64,000 nucleotides of DNA from Vairimorpha necatrix (taxonomy: Eukaryota): the NCBI GenBank assembly GCA_036630325.1, contig CP142729.1:806001-870000 (forward strand). Reading direction: 5' to 3'. The position numbers and the translations under genes were made by a program. The notes below the pieces were generated by a model. That model saw only the letters and a list, made by a program, of their open reading frames with translations, did no database searches and was not told where the DNA came from. This document shows positions 13,638 to 26,850 of this stretch, piece after piece; position 1 is the first letter of the stretch, and each line of letters opens with the position of its first letter.

Positions 13638-14240
13638 ATGGACCTGCAACTTCTAGTATTCATATTCAACAATGTTAGTCTTAAAGAACAGCCAGACATA
13701 CACGTTGAAGAATTGGTCAATCTAAAAGACAATGTGGCCTATTTTATAAAGACTGATGGTCGAGGAGGAATAGAAATAAAATCAAAAGGTCCAAATGATA
13801 ATGAATGGAGTATGCCTAAGAAAATTGCTGTACATGAAAACGCTGGAGAATTACTTGATAGTGGAGCTCTTATTGTCAAGACTGAAGGTAACAAATACAT
13901 GCTTGCATATGCCCCAACACCGAATGATTTTCAGTTAAAACCAGAAAAATTTAATTATAATATACAAGAATACAATGAAATGGCTAATGACGAAAAAACA
14001 ATCAAAGATGTTTATAATTCCAAACCTAGGTTTATAGAAGGAATACAGGCCGACAAAAGGTCTACATTTTATGAGTATAAACCAACCTCTCAACAAAAGA
14101 ATGCAGCTTCTAGCCCGCAAACGAAAAAAAAGAATACGAAAGTAAAAAACGTTGATGAAGAATCTGTAAGTAGCAACGCAGACAAAGTATTGGTGTCTAT
14201 TTCTGTCATTGGATTTACATTACTACTAATCGCGTTATAA
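13638..14240 (+). CDS. Hypothetical surface protein (signal peptide, C-terminal hydrophobic/GPI-type tail)
   Basis: 200-aa ORF with a GGG motif and AAAA before the ATG, hydrophobic N-terminus, SSN followed by a hydrophobic C-terminus, and AATAAA at the stop. Confidence 0.75.
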   Translation: MDLQLLVFIFNNVSLKEQPDIHVEELVNLKDNVAYFIKTDGRGGIEIKSKGPNDNEWSMPKKIAVHENAGELLDSGALIVKTEGNKYMLAYAPTPNDFQLKPEKFNYNIQEYNEMANDEKTIKDVYNSKPRFIEGIQADKRSTFYEYKPTSQQKNAASSPQTKKKNTKVKNVDEESVSSNADKVLVSISVIGFTLLLIAL

Positions 14241-15542
14241 ATAAATTCTTACAAGTGATTTTTCTATTTGTATATATTTTATTTATTCTACATTTTTCAT
14301 AAGACTATTATTTTATTTGAAGAAATAAATATTATATAATGTTTTTCAGTTCTTATACATATAATAATATTTTTGGAACAAAAATCTTCCATTGTAAATA
14401 GTCAATTAGTTTTGGTGCAATAAGTCGGCATTGTTTTATGATGTTATGTGATGTTTTTGTATTGAACAGTTATAGGCAAACTGAATTTAATCTATATGTT
14501 GCTGCATGCAGATTCACATTTTTTATAAATAAAAAACTGAAGATTATTTAGTGCAAAATGTCCTACCAACATCTGATAAAATTAGAGCGGAAATTTGACA
14601 AAATTAATAATTTTTTTTTTCATAATAGTTCAGATTTTGTAATTACAAAAAATTATCGAATATCTTCCACAAATATACTACGATACAACATCAACTTATA
14701 GCTAAAGGTCCAAAACTTTTAAACCGGAAATATTAAATCGACGTAAAACAATTTATTCAAAAATCTGGCCCTAAAACAGTACACTTTTACATAAAAAATC
14801 ATAGATTGGCGTTTTATCACATCAACATTACAAAAAATTGAACGTATTATATCACTAAGTTGAATCCTATCTACTCATAATCCAAAAAATACATAGAAGA
14901 TATTGGTGAAATAATAACACAGAGCAATGAATTTATCGAAAACTTTTAACAGAAAAGGTATAATATCAAATCTATTAGTTTCTGATGTTTTTTTCTCTCA
15001 AGCATTTAGTACAGATTAAACAAAAATAAAGCTATTTTTAAATAGTAATTTATTATTTCATATGATGATATTTGGTCAATAATATAGCTTTTTTCCAAGT
15101 ATGTGAATGCACAGTTTACAATACGATTATGTGTATTTTTTTCTGTCGTTAATGACAAAATTTATCAAATTTAGGAAACGACTTTTTGATATCAATTCCC
15201 ATTATAACAGCAGTAAAACCTCATTCTTGTCTTATATTGTCAAATTATCTCCATATTTATATGAGGAAATTTGAATTTTAAAACGTCGCACTTACTTAAT
15301 TGTTGACTTTTAACAGGATTAATTGATACAATTGCTTAAACTAATCATAAGTTCTTCGATTTTAAATCCAAAATTGCATTTGACCTCTATATTATGTATT
15401 TTTTTTAAAATTTGTGTCGATATTATTTTTTTCATGTATTTATATATGTCAAAGTCCAAAAAAAATATGTTCTAATCTTTGTTGTCGTTTAGAATATGAA
15501 CAATGTCCTGATAATAGTGTTCGCCCCGAAAACCAGGTACCG

Positions 15543-15565
15543 ATATATATATATATATATATATA
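15543..15565. repeat. (TA)n microsatellite
   Basis: About 11 TA units. A similar tract lies at about 16321-16342. Confidence 0.9.
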
Positions 15566-18500
15566 GCAATAACTTACCGGATTAGGACATATCTTGAAAA
15601 CTCGCTCTCAAATCTCTTATTGAATATTATATAATTTTCCAAAGACGATTATAATATCATAACCGCATAGTAATGAGCGCGAATGTTTTTTTTTTCAAAC
15701 GAATGGTTTAGCAAAAAAAATATATTAAAATCTTACTTATTAAATCACATCCTGATTATATGAGAAATTTTTTGAAGAAATATATTAAAAATATAACATC
15801 TATTTAGAGCACTAACTGAAATAAATAGGACAAATTTGTGAATTTCCAATAAATTTCCCCTTATAAACATCATAAAGTTAATTTGGGGCTGTATTGTGTA
15901 CTGCCTAAGAATAAAAGGCATCAATTTCGACAAGAATAATGACCACGATACCTCTTAAATTTGAAATCTTACTAACTCATTTATGTGTTTTTTAAAAAAT
16001 TGGAATAAACCCCAATTAAAAAATGAAGTAACAATGTTCTATCGACTTGAAACCAAGGACTAAACACATAAGATATTATATACCTTTTTTGATACTTCTA
16101 ACTCTTCTTGGATCGTATAAAAATTTAAATGGAATATAAAGCGGTTGTATCTGTATTTTTGGCAAATCATCTTTAATATAACATTAATATTTTTTGTTTA
16201 GGTACAATTGTATATTTTATTCTATTAATATTAATATTCCGGTTGTAAAGTAATTTTGGACTTTATCTTATTCTTCAACAAGCCTATAAAATATTTTTGT
16301 TAAGACATAAAGTACTTTTCATATATATATATATATATATATTAGAAAAACTGTTTTAGCTAGGGGCGTTCATTAGAAATGATTAATATATTATCAATTG
16401 GGTTTATAATTGAAAAAATCTATTCTTTAAGAAACTATAATAATTAAAGATTATATTAGTACAAAAAAATTGTATTTTTGTAAATAAAAGAAACATCTAG
16501 ATTGAACCCGCACAATTAAAACTTAATAGCTATAACAATCTAAGAAATATAATGGTGAAATTTAAACCTTTCTTTCACTCTGTATTGTAATCCGCCTGAT
16601 GGTATAATTTGTAATATATTTTAGCATGAAAAAGAACTTCGTACTTGTATTTCGTGAAAGATTTTAAACCTAACTTAAAGCATATATTCGTAAAAAGTTC
16701 TTGTTTTGTTGCAAGCATCAGTTTTTTTATTTTTTCTATAAAAAATTACTATATTTCAAAGGTATTCTCATATAATTTCTGGATAAATACATCATTATAA
16801 AGATAAACAAAATAATATGCGCAGAAACAACTTTATATAAATCCATGATACACAACTCTATAACAACTCTTGATTCATTTTTACACAAACTAGTAGTCCG
16901 TAACGTCTAATATAAAATCGATCTCGACCCAACTAATATCTTTAGAAATATGAAATTAAGCAATAATTGAACTAATTTCAGACAACTAATGATATCAATG
17001 GTGATGAAAACATTCATATCTTTATAGCATTATCCTTGGATATAGTAGACTCAAGTTTGTTTATTCGTGCAGCTTTCAGGCTTTTAGGAATTTTTAAATA
17101 TATATAATAGTTAAATAAAATATTGTTTTCCTGAAATAAGAATAGTAGTAGAATTAATAATTCTATTTAGCTAATTTACAAAGCCATCGTTACTAGAGAA
17201 GAGATGTTTAGATGCCTTTATAATATATATACAGGATATAAATAGATTCTCGATGTACACAAACCATATTACTGATAATTATTTAGAATTCACAAAATAG
17301 AAGAGATATTAGATATTATTTCAATAAAAAATCTGAGTATGCTTTTTCGTCATTTTTATAGTACTGTTTTGATTATATCAAATTCTAATACAAAAACTTT
17401 ATACTAAAGCGTAAGTATTTCTCTTTTGGCGTAAAGTTTTATAAATAACTGTTACTTATAGACTGAAATTCATCTCTAATTTAATATGAAAAGTTTGCAG
17501 CTAGTAAATTTTGTTTATGTTACAAAGCTATATCTTATGAGAACATAAAAATTAAAATGAATGAATGACAATAATCATAATATACATTTGAATAACTTCT
17601 ATGTAACTGCCAAATCATGAAAGCGGAAATCCCTTTATGAGCTAGATACATTAGACGGGAGGTAGGACATCTAATATTTTAAAAAAACAAATCTCAAATT
17701 ATATTTAAATTATCAAAAATTATATAATAGAATTGTCAAAAACAAAGCGATATTTTCTTACATAGATAATCCTTTTTTGCCACAAATGGAAAGATAGGAA
17801 TTTGTTAGGAATGGCAAATGAAAAAAACAAAAATACGATCTAAGATGAAAGTTCCAAATGTTTTCAATAAAAATTACTATTTTGGAACTAAAAATTGCAA
17901 TTAATTTCCATAAAACCAAATTAAAAAAAAAACATGCGGTTCATTTTTTCGATAAAACCCTTTTATCTATTATTAATCAATGTACTGATGGATCTTTTTT
18001 ATGTTTGTTTGGTTTAAATTTGATTTACCTTCGTTTTATTCATTAGAGACAAAAATATAAGTTATTGGGCTCAGAATAAAAAATACATAGTACTCTTTTT
18101 ACCGATATTTAATCATAAATTCAGGCGACCTTTATTTATATAAAAAAGATTGCAAAGATCTTTTATAAAACTAATAAAATGAAATAGAATATATAAACGT
18201 GTGCATATTTGTGAGACTACGATAATATCGGGAGAAATACGGAAATATAGCGTGAAGTACTTGATTTTGATCTGGGTATTTAGCAAAGGGATTTAATATG
18301 TTACTTACATTCTTACATTGCTTTGTATGTGGCCATCAAATTTTAAAATTCCAGAGTTGATTAAAAAAATATACAATAAAACACCCGAAAAAGCAAACAA
18401 GGCAATTAGATCCCGTAAACGATATAAGCTTTTGTTAATGATATTTTCCCCGTGATTGTAATACAAAATCAAAAAGGAACACGCCAACGAAGTAATAACA

Positions 18501-21500
18501 GATACTAAATTACAATTATTCGTATCACAATATCAAAGATGGAGAGGATGAATTTTTTTTGTATTAGACAAGTGATAATTTGAGAATTAGAGATATTTGT
18601 TAAGATTTGGATAGTTCAAAATTAATATAAATATTCTTATATAGTATAAACAACCCGCATTATATTAGAGATTTGAATATAAGACGCAATCTGTGGCAAC
18701 ATGATAAAACCCCTATCGCTGTTTCAACTCCCAAATTTATAATGATGGAATATGTTTCTATTTCTTTAAATCTAATGAAAACTATCTAAGTATATACTCT
18801 CTAAGATTTTTTACAAAAAACAGAAAGATCAACATTTAAAGAGTTAAGACACCTCTACTCTGTATGTATTAATGTCGTTACTCGAACATATAATGGCCAA
18901 TATGCCAAAATGCTCTTTAGAATATTGTTATTAACAAATAATTTTAATTTTCCGTTTGAATTCAACCCAGACACTATCGCGATTTGGGCAGGAGGAATGT
19001 AAAATCTTGTTTTGATGAGCTCCCGTCATATATTTGTATAAAACAGATAGATATTCAATAAAATCGGTAGCAAAATCTAACAATCTGTGTAAAGGCAAGA
19101 AAGCTATTCATTACAGCAATAATGTTGGGCTTAATATAGAATACAATAACAGTAAACGTTATTAAATAAAAATCATAACTATTACTTTTGATCGACATTC
19201 ATAAAAATGCAACAGCCAAGAGACTACAATGCAATTGTGAGAAAGAGAACCCTTTCCTTGCAAAAAAACCTTCATTACTATTAAATGCCAAATTTAATGT
19301 TAGTATATGAAAAGGGCTGTGACATATATTTTTTTTCAAATGTAATTATATGCAATCATCTTGTTTACAAGGCTACAAATAATTTTTATTTAAACGATTT
19401 TGTATGTTTTTACAACTTTTACTTTAAATTCTTATGGGTATTCTGCCACATTTTTTTTATAAAATATTTAAACTTCATTTTCGGCAAATATCACTTATAT
19501 TTTTTTATAATCCTTTCATTAGTTTGTTTCAACTTTTATGATTGCATGTTCGCATAAATATTAGTGCATAAATCAATATGCTTTACGTATTTTTGTCATG
19601 TATCCGGGGTACATGGCCATTTTTATAATATCTCTCTAAATAGTTTTTAATGTAAATATGTTTATTGATGGTTTTAGTCTCTCTCTTGGATTCTATATAT
19701 TCCATACCCTTCACAGACAGACTTTCTTTTATAGTTTATTTTTAATTTAAAGATTCTTGTCAACACTAAACTACAAACATTGGCGTACTTACGAATGTAG
19801 TAACGACCATGCAACTTTCGTTTGTTTGTTTGTTTGTGCGACTCATCTTGACATGTAACTTGAAATGCTTGACATGTCTTTGGACATCAATGACAGATGA
19901 CATATTTGACATCTGTTCATGTGATGTAGCAATGTACATCACAATTTTTAACATAATGAACAAAATCAGTCCCACAGAAATATTCTAAATATCTATGTAT
20001 TCACCAAAAACAAAAAATCAATAAATTATTGAATATTCTTATTCGATCATACAACTATACCTAAACATAAATAAAGCAGGCATAATTTACAATATTAACT
20101 ATATGTAAAATCTTTTTCTTTGGGAATAATTCATTGAACTTTGAATTGAACCTAAAAAACTAGCACACTAATAAAACATCTTGTGCAAATAAGTTAATAT
20201 ATAATTAAGTCATGTTTAAAAATTAATTACATTATGTAATTCACCTTTAAAACAGACATAAAGGTATTATAGTATGCTTTGTGGGTTTTAACTTGTGTTT
20301 CGACTCTATGCTCCAAATAATTACTTTGTTGTTTTTGTTTTCATGTAATTTTTTACTGTTTTGTAATTTTAGAGTCGAAAATCAAAGACAATAATTAATT
20401 CTGTTTAAGTGTACACGATCATAGTTTTTTGAAATTCTTTTACAAGAATATTTAAGTATCATTTTTTTTTTTTTGCAATCCATCCTAATTTAATCTAGCA
20501 AAAAAAAACCTCGATTTTTATATATTAGAAGAACCCCCAGATTCCATTTTTTTCTATTATCATTCAGGAAATAATGTAAAACAAATTGATAGATAACTAT
20601 ATTGTAAAAGAAGGTACGATATTCTTAATTTTGTAATATTTATGAGATACAGCCCTTACTTTTTTGTTAGCTCTTGAAAAATACATATATAATTTTTTAT
20701 CCTGTGTAAGGTGTGAAACTAATTTCTGCAATATCATGCATTTATTGGCTTAATTATGTTTTTTTAGTACTTATAAAGAATTATGATATAGAAATGGGCC
20801 AAGTAAACTTTTACGCATTTTTATTATTATCTATGAAGCACGTTGGTGAATTATACTTAACAAACAGCCCCTTGTAAAATAATTACAGATGAGTGTGATG
20901 TGACGTAAAAATGAAGCACTTAAAAGAAAAATTCGTCATATTGAAAACAATAGGCAGGAGGAATTATGTGGATAATGTCGTTATTAAATGATTTTGAAAT
21001 GAGGCTTGGATGTTTTAAAGAAATGCAATATTTGAAGGTCTACATGAACAGTTACAAAAAATAATTACTGGTGCCATTACTAAAGGCTTATTCGTAGTTA
21101 GCTGCTATTTCTTGGATGTACAAGAAAATAAATGAAAGACATTATGTACAATATTGAGTATTTGTTTGGAAAAAAACATAATTTTTGGGCTATAACTACA
21201 TCTAACGTTCCACAAGAATATCACATAAATATATGATGATATAAAATATCACGGAAAATAGTTTTTATGAGTCCTAAATTTTTGAAGAGTTTGTTTTAAA
21301 TAAAAGAAAATCAATTACTCTAATTTGAAAAATAAATTGGAAATTGATTTTAAACATTTAGGGGGAAAAGATGATTATCCAAAGACATAAACTGGATAAA
21401 ATTTTGAAAATCTAATACAGAAAAAAAAGCAACTTTCATAAATTCGCAAAACAAAACGAATATTATAAGAATAGTTCTAAAGTTTTCTAGGCTACCAACG

Positions 21501-21789
21501 ACGCATAAAGAGATAATCTGATATACATGAGAAATCGATAAAACAAGACATATCTTAATATGAACTGGTTCAGATTTCATTTGTAGTATACATTGCATCA
21601 TATAATAGCCCCATGCTTTTACTGTGTCATGAACATTGATATCTAGACTCTGACACTTTCATAATTTTTAATAATTTTTTTCTTTTTATACTTTTTAAAT
21701 TCATGGAACGTTCGTTAAACAACAAAGTCCTCGAAAAAAACCAACCAACAAAATTTTTAATTTTACTTTTAAAACTAAATTACCAAAAA

Positions 21790-22065
21790 ATAAATAAAAA
21801 TAAAAATGTTTATTGTAAAAAATAAAATTGTAATATTTATGCAAAAAAGACACAATCAGCTAAGAAAGAAAAGCTCCGAGTAGATAAAAACTTATCCATA
21901 AAAAGAAAAAATCATTAATAATTGCCTTATATGCCAGCATGCCTTCACGGCCTCTCCTGTAGTGTAAAAAGTTATTCCCGTGGTCTGTAATCCTAAAAAT
22001 AAAATAAAAATTTAAAGTGTAAAAACCGAATTAGCAAAGCGAAGAAAACCCACCGGACATTAAAA
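21790..22065 (-). repeat. Degenerate tandem partial copies of repeat R (R0)
   Basis: Diverged match to R: gtttattgtaaaa..aaagacacaatcagc..gccagcatgccttcacggcctc. A second short copy starts at about 21995. Confidence 0.7.
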
Positions 22066-22345
22066 ATTCATGTTTTTCTTTGCTTGTAAGAGGTAGATAT
22101 AACCCATGCCAAGACCAGAATTATTCAGTGTGACCCTTTCAGAACGGTGACGTTTGATTTTTGTTCACTATACATCCCATATAATGTCGGTGTAGCAATC
22201 TCCGCCGTACCCATTAGACTTGGCTTTAGGAGAATGATTCATTTAAGCCTCAAATCGCGTCTTGAATGACCTATCGGTGAAAAACTTAAAGGAAAATATT
22301 TTAATAACTTGAATGAAGACATTGTCTTACAAGCTTAAAGGTGTA

Positions 22346-22670
22346 AAAAAAATAAAATAAAATTGTTTATTGTAAAAAAAAGACAGAATCAGCAAAACGA
22401 AGAAAAGCCTCCAAGCCACCAAAAACTCCACTAATAAAGAAAAAATCATCAATAAGTGCGTTTACACGCCAGCATACCTTAACGGCCTCGCTTGTAGGAG
22501 AAAAGTTTGTTCCCATAGGATACATCCTTAGTCATAATATGACTAGAGACCCACTTTCATGAGTCTGATGAAAAACGAAAACGCCTGGCTCAATACACCA
22601 TTTAAGAACACGACTCAGTTCAGCGGAACAATACAGCATCAGTATCATGCCCGACCTCTCCCAGGTCAAA
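22346..22670 (-). repeat. Repeat R copy 1 (3' end of the LINE)
   Basis: About 325 bp, about 6 substitutions versus 26528-26850. Sense strand ends AATAAA followed by T-rich (TTTTA)n. Confidence 0.95.
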
Positions 22671-22753
22671 TATAATTAAATATAAGTTTTCTTGTTAGTA
22701 AAATAACATCTCTTTCTTCCATTTCTAGATTTTATTGTTTTTAATTATTCATA

Positions 22754-25700
22754 TTAATTATCCTGTTTTGTTATCTCTTTAAGTTTCTTTTCAAATATAA
22801 TTCTTCTAGAGACAACCATTCTATCTAAGAACTCTATAGTCCAACAAAGTTCTTTTATCTTATCTGGGTTATTTTTTAGTCCGATTTTATTACCAAGGAG
22901 TTGTTTGGTTTTTTCTCGGATATTTGTTTTTGAACAAGTCAGTAGAGGCGGTTTATTTTCAAAAGATGTTCTAATGTCAGTAAAACAGACGCACTCCAAC
23001 AGAAAGTGTTCTAAATTTTCTTGTGGTCCATCACACAAAAAGCATTTGTTTCTATAACTCATTGGTATTCTTTTTGAATATGCTATTGCTGAGGACCACT
23101 TTACTAGATTACATCTCAATCTAGTATATGTTCTAATTTTTCTATTGTTTATTTTGTTCATGACATATTTTATTTGTGAATTTCTTATGTCATATTGGTT
23201 TGCTATTGATGCAGCTAAAGAAGTATTTAGAGTTCTTCGACTTCTTAGTACATCAATTATTTTTGTAGTGATAAATCTACTATCACTTGATTCGTATTCG
23301 TTGCCAACAAATCGTTTTAACCATCTTTGTGTTCTTGAACACCAGGTAGTTTTTCTTTCTTTCGGATTAATTGAGATTATATCCGATATGATTGTCTTAT
23401 TGTGTTTCCACTTGTTGTATGCTCTGAATCTACTCAAAGCTGCTTGTATATGAATTCGTTCGATACTGAACTCGTCCATTACTCTATCTAGTGGAACTAA
23501 TACTCTTTTGAATATCATTCTGATAGATTTTCTTAAGATCCTGTTAATCTTACCTGCTCTTGTACTTGACATTCCCCACAATTCACTGCCATACATTAGT
23601 GTGGGTACTAGTACACATTTTATTAAGATCGCCTTGAAGTAGAGATTGATGCTGCTATTCATCAACTTGGGCATCAAGGCGTCCAAGGCTTTCTTGCCAC
23701 GCATTGCTGCGTCTTTAACCAAGTGTTCTTCTAGCGTGTTTCTTTTAATTAAGACACCTAGATATCTGTATTCAGTGACTTCTTCAATCACACCAAAGTC
23801 TGTACTGAGAGAATATAAACTTCGGAATTCTTGTATGTTAGAATGAGCATTCCATTCTAATACTCCGCTTTTTGTGCAGTTAATCTTCATTCTGTTATTA
23901 ACTGCCCACTTTGAAATTCTATTGATCTTATTATTAAGATCATCAATGTTGTTTCCGAAGACAACAATATCATCTGCGAACATCAGTCCCGGAACTCTCG
24001 TATTTGATCTTGGGATCAAAACTCCTTCTATGCCGTCAAAAATATCATTGATGAATATATTGAACAGCATTGGAGAACAAGGGCACCCTTGTCTCACTCC
24101 TTTTCTGTAGCTATAACCACTTGACGTGTCACCACCAATTTTCACACGCATGGTGGTATATTTATAAATATCCTTTATTGTATTGATTAAATACAATGGG
24201 ATATTAAGTTTTGTAAGCTTTTCAAATAATAAGTCATGACTTACATTATCATAAGCTTTTTCAAAGTCAATGAAACACATTATTGTGTTCAAGCCTCTGA
24301 ATTCTCTTCTTCTCACTATTTCTAGTAAAGATGTAATCTGATTCATACACTCTTCACCTGCTCGGAATCCTGCTTGGTATCTAGAGAGTATATCTTGTTC
24401 TTCGACAAATTGAGTTAACCTGTCATTTATTATCTTGAGATAGATCTTACTAATTGTGTTAATTAAGGAGATTCCCCTATAATTATTCAGATCTGTCTCA
24501 TCTCCTTTTTTGTGAAGGCAAATCATGTTTGCCATGCTCCAATATTCAGGAGTACTATTTCCACAAATATATTTATTAAATTCATGTAGCATGAATTTAA
24601 AGAATTTATCTTCTACTGCTCTAGTCAGTAAGTATTTGTATAGCTCGGTTGGAATCTCATCAGGACCGGCAGCTTTGTTATTTCCACATTTCTTCAGTGC
24701 GGATAGAAATTCTTCATCTGTTATCTCTGGGGGAAGATCAACAAGATCTACTTTATCATAGACATTGACATCTATATCATTCTCTGACGCCAAATCAGCG
24801 TAAAAATTATTTGCTATTTCTAGCTTCTTTGCTCGGCAAGTCTGAAGAAGCTTATTGTGGTCAATTAGAGCCACTTGATCCAAACGAATGGAAACACTTC
24901 TATTTTTCAGCCATTGCCAGAATTCTCGGGATCTGTTACTTTTAAAGAGCTTTATTCCTCTTAAAGCCCAAAGTTTCGATCTATCTTTGCGAATCAACTT
25001 TTTAGTTTCGTCTACTCTCTTTTTGAGATATTCGAATCTAATTGAGTTGATTTCATTGTAATTTTTCATAACAGCTCTTGCTGCTAGACGTTTTTCTTTG
25101 AAGACTTTTAAATATCTCCATCTCATTGTAAGTCCAGTATGGACTCTTCTCTTTTTGTAAATCTTCAAAGATGTACAAACTTTCTGAATAATCTCGGGGA
25201 GATTATTCATGTTTAATTGTTGATTACACAACTTCTTTTTTAGCTTTTTAATCACTTTTGGATTTTCCAGCATTTTCTTATCATAAACTAGTTGATCGGA
25301 GATCTTATCAACGGCAAGTTTAATACTTCTTTTGAGCACTAAGTGATCACTTAATACCCAAGACTTGGATATAATGATCTTCTCATTATCATTACTTTTT
25401 AGTCGAAAGATGGTATCAATTTTCCTCTTAGATCTTTTACCATCTTTGAGGATCCTTGTACCATCGTTGCTGTTATATTTTATTGTAACTGGCAAACCAA
25501 CTACATTTAATTTTTTCTTGAGACTAGAACTCTGCATATTCATATCTCCCATCACTATGATCTCACTATAGTTATTTCTGAAATTCTCTTTTTCTAAAAG
25601 AGAAAATAATCTAGCCAAGGTCTCCCTTTTGAGATCCTTGTTTTGTGGTATGTAGACATTTAAGACTAAATACTTAATCCATTTGCCTGCTGAACTAAAC

Positions 25701-26479
25701 TCAACTACAGTTTGCAGAATGTTTGAGTCGGTTCCTTTTTTGGAACATCTGATCGCTCCATTATTTCTAACCAGAGTTATTAATCCTGGTTTATTTTTTC
25801 CACCACTAGGTGTTTCAACTGTAGTGTATTTTTCAAGTTTTAAAGGTCTTGTAGATTGTCTCCAAGTTTCTTGTAAACACATAATTTCTGGTTTCTCCTT
25901 CTTAAGAAGAAACTCAAGTTCTTCTCTCTTATTAGAGAGATGATTAATGTTTAGACTTAAGAGTTTTATGTTCTCTTTGGTCTTTTTATTTACTTTACTA
26001 GATTTCTCTAGTTCTTTTCTATTATCATTTAAAACTTTAAAGCCTTTAGCTTTAACTGTCTTAATCAATAAATTTGCGTATAGTTTTTCAACTATTATTT
26101 TTGTAAAAGACGTGTCTCTTCGTCTATACTTTCTTGCTGTAATGATGGAATTCTCCAAAAGAGAGTTCTTCTTACATAAGTCTTTGAGGAGATCTTTCAC
26201 TCCATAAGGAATTCTTTGTATCTTGACAATACAATATTGTTCTTGTACTTTCTTCCACCACATATTCTTTCTAATAGAAAAATATTTGAGACTATTCAAT
26301 CTCGTTGTCGTTTGGAAAGTATTTTTAATCTGAGTAAATCCAATTGGATTATGCGTTTTTTTATTTAGAGATTTGAAAATATCACTCTTGTTATAGGAAA
26401 ATAATTTCCTATAATAACAGGACTTTAACAAAGATACTTTATTCATTGTTAAAGTCCTTAGATTCTCGGGCAGGCTCAC
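22754..26479 (-). CDS. LINE ORF2: APE endonuclease + reverse transcriptase + C-terminal zinc finger
   Basis: APE motifs LNIN, QETW, GDMN, SDH; RT motifs YRGISL, DFEKAYD, GVRQGCPCSP, MFADD; zinc finger CFLC...EHFLLEC. First in-frame ATG is at 26446. Confidence 0.95.
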   Translation of the reverse strand: MSLPENLRTLTMNKVSLLKSCYYRKLFSYNKSDIFKSLNKKTHNPIGFTQIKNTFQTTTRLNSLKYFSIRKNMWWKKVQEQYCIVKIQRIPYGVKDLLKDLCKKNSLLENSIITARKYRRRDTSFTKIIVEKLYANLLIKTVKAKGFKVLNDNRKELEKSSKVNKKTKENIKLLSLNINHLSNKREELEFLLKKEKPEIMCLQETWRQSTRPLKLEKYTTVETPSGGKNKPGLITLVRNNGAIRCSKKGTDSNILQTVVEFSSAGKWIKYLVLNVYIPQNKDLKRETLARLFSLLEKENFRNNYSEIIVMGDMNMQSSSLKKKLNVVGLPVTIKYNSNDGTRILKDGKRSKRKIDTIFRLKSNDNEKIIISKSWVLSDHLVLKRSIKLAVDKISDQLVYDKKMLENPKVIKKLKKKLCNQQLNMNNLPEIIQKVCTSLKIYKKRRVHTGLTMRWRYLKVFKEKRLAARAVMKNYNEINSIRFEYLKKRVDETKKLIRKDRSKLWALRGIKLFKSNRSREFWQWLKNRSVSIRLDQVALIDHNKLLQTCRAKKLEIANNFYADLASENDIDVNVYDKVDLVDLPPEITDEEFLSALKKCGNNKAAGPDEIPTELYKYLLTRAVEDKFFKFMLHEFNKYICGNSTPEYWSMANMICLHKKGDETDLNNYRGISLINTISKIYLKIINDRLTQFVEEQDILSRYQAGFRAGEECMNQITSLLEIVRRREFRGLNTIMCFIDFEKAYDNVSHDLLFEKLTKLNIPLYLINTIKDIYKYTTMRVKIGGDTSSGYSYRKGVRQGCPCSPMLFNIFINDIFDGIEGVLIPRSNTRVPGLMFADDIVVFGNNIDDLNNKINRISKWAVNNRMKINCTKSGVLEWNAHSNIQEFRSLYSLSTDFGVIEEVTEYRYLGVLIKRNTLEEHLVKDAAMRGKKALDALMPKLMNSSINLYFKAILIKCVLVPTLMYGSELWGMSSTRAGKINRILRKSIRMIFKRVLVPLDRVMDEFSIERIHIQAALSRFRAYNKWKHNKTIISDIISINPKERKTTWCSRTQRWLKRFVGNEYESSDSRFITTKIIDVLRSRRTLNTSLAASIANQYDIRNSQIKYVMNKINNRKIRTYTRLRCNLVKWSSAIAYSKRIPMSYRNKCFLCDGPQENLEHFLLECVCFTDIRTSFENKPPLLTCSKTNIREKTKQLLGNKIGLKNNPDKIKELCWTIEFLDRMVVSRRIIFEKKLKEITKQDN

Positions 26480-26527
26480 CCATCATATTTTCTAAAATAA
26501 TGAAAGAACCATGGTTTGGGTTTTCTT

Positions 26528-26850
26528 AAAAAAAAAATATAAAATTGTTTATTGTAAAAAAGACAGAATCAGCAAAACGAAGAAAAGCCTCCAAGCCACC
26601 AAAAACTCCACTAATAAAGAAAAAATCATCAATAATTGCGTTTACACGCCAGCATACCTTAACGGCCTCGCTTGTAGGAGAAAAGTTTGTTCCCATAGGA
26701 CACATCCTTAGTCATAATATGACTAGAGACCCACTTTCACGGGTCTAATGAAAAACGAAAACGCCTGGCTCAATACACCAATTAAGAACACGACTCAGTT
26801 CAGCGGAACAATACAGCATCAGTATCATGCCCGACCTCTCCCAGGTCAAA
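26528..26850 (-). repeat. Repeat R copy 2 (between ORF1 and ORF2, overlapping the last ~16 codons of ORF1)
   Basis: Near-identical to 22346-22670. Confidence 0.95.

Noticed and set aside
14400-21700. Short ORFs and coding-like patches, possibly decayed genes, plus a GACAT-rich cluster near 19850-19915
   Set aside because: No ORF over about 90 aa and no motif I can identify. TBLASTX would be needed.
22555-22600. Hammerhead ribozyme core CTGATGA...GAAA in R (plus strand)
   Set aside because: No stem II, no plausible stem I/III pairing, and copy R2 has CTAATGA.
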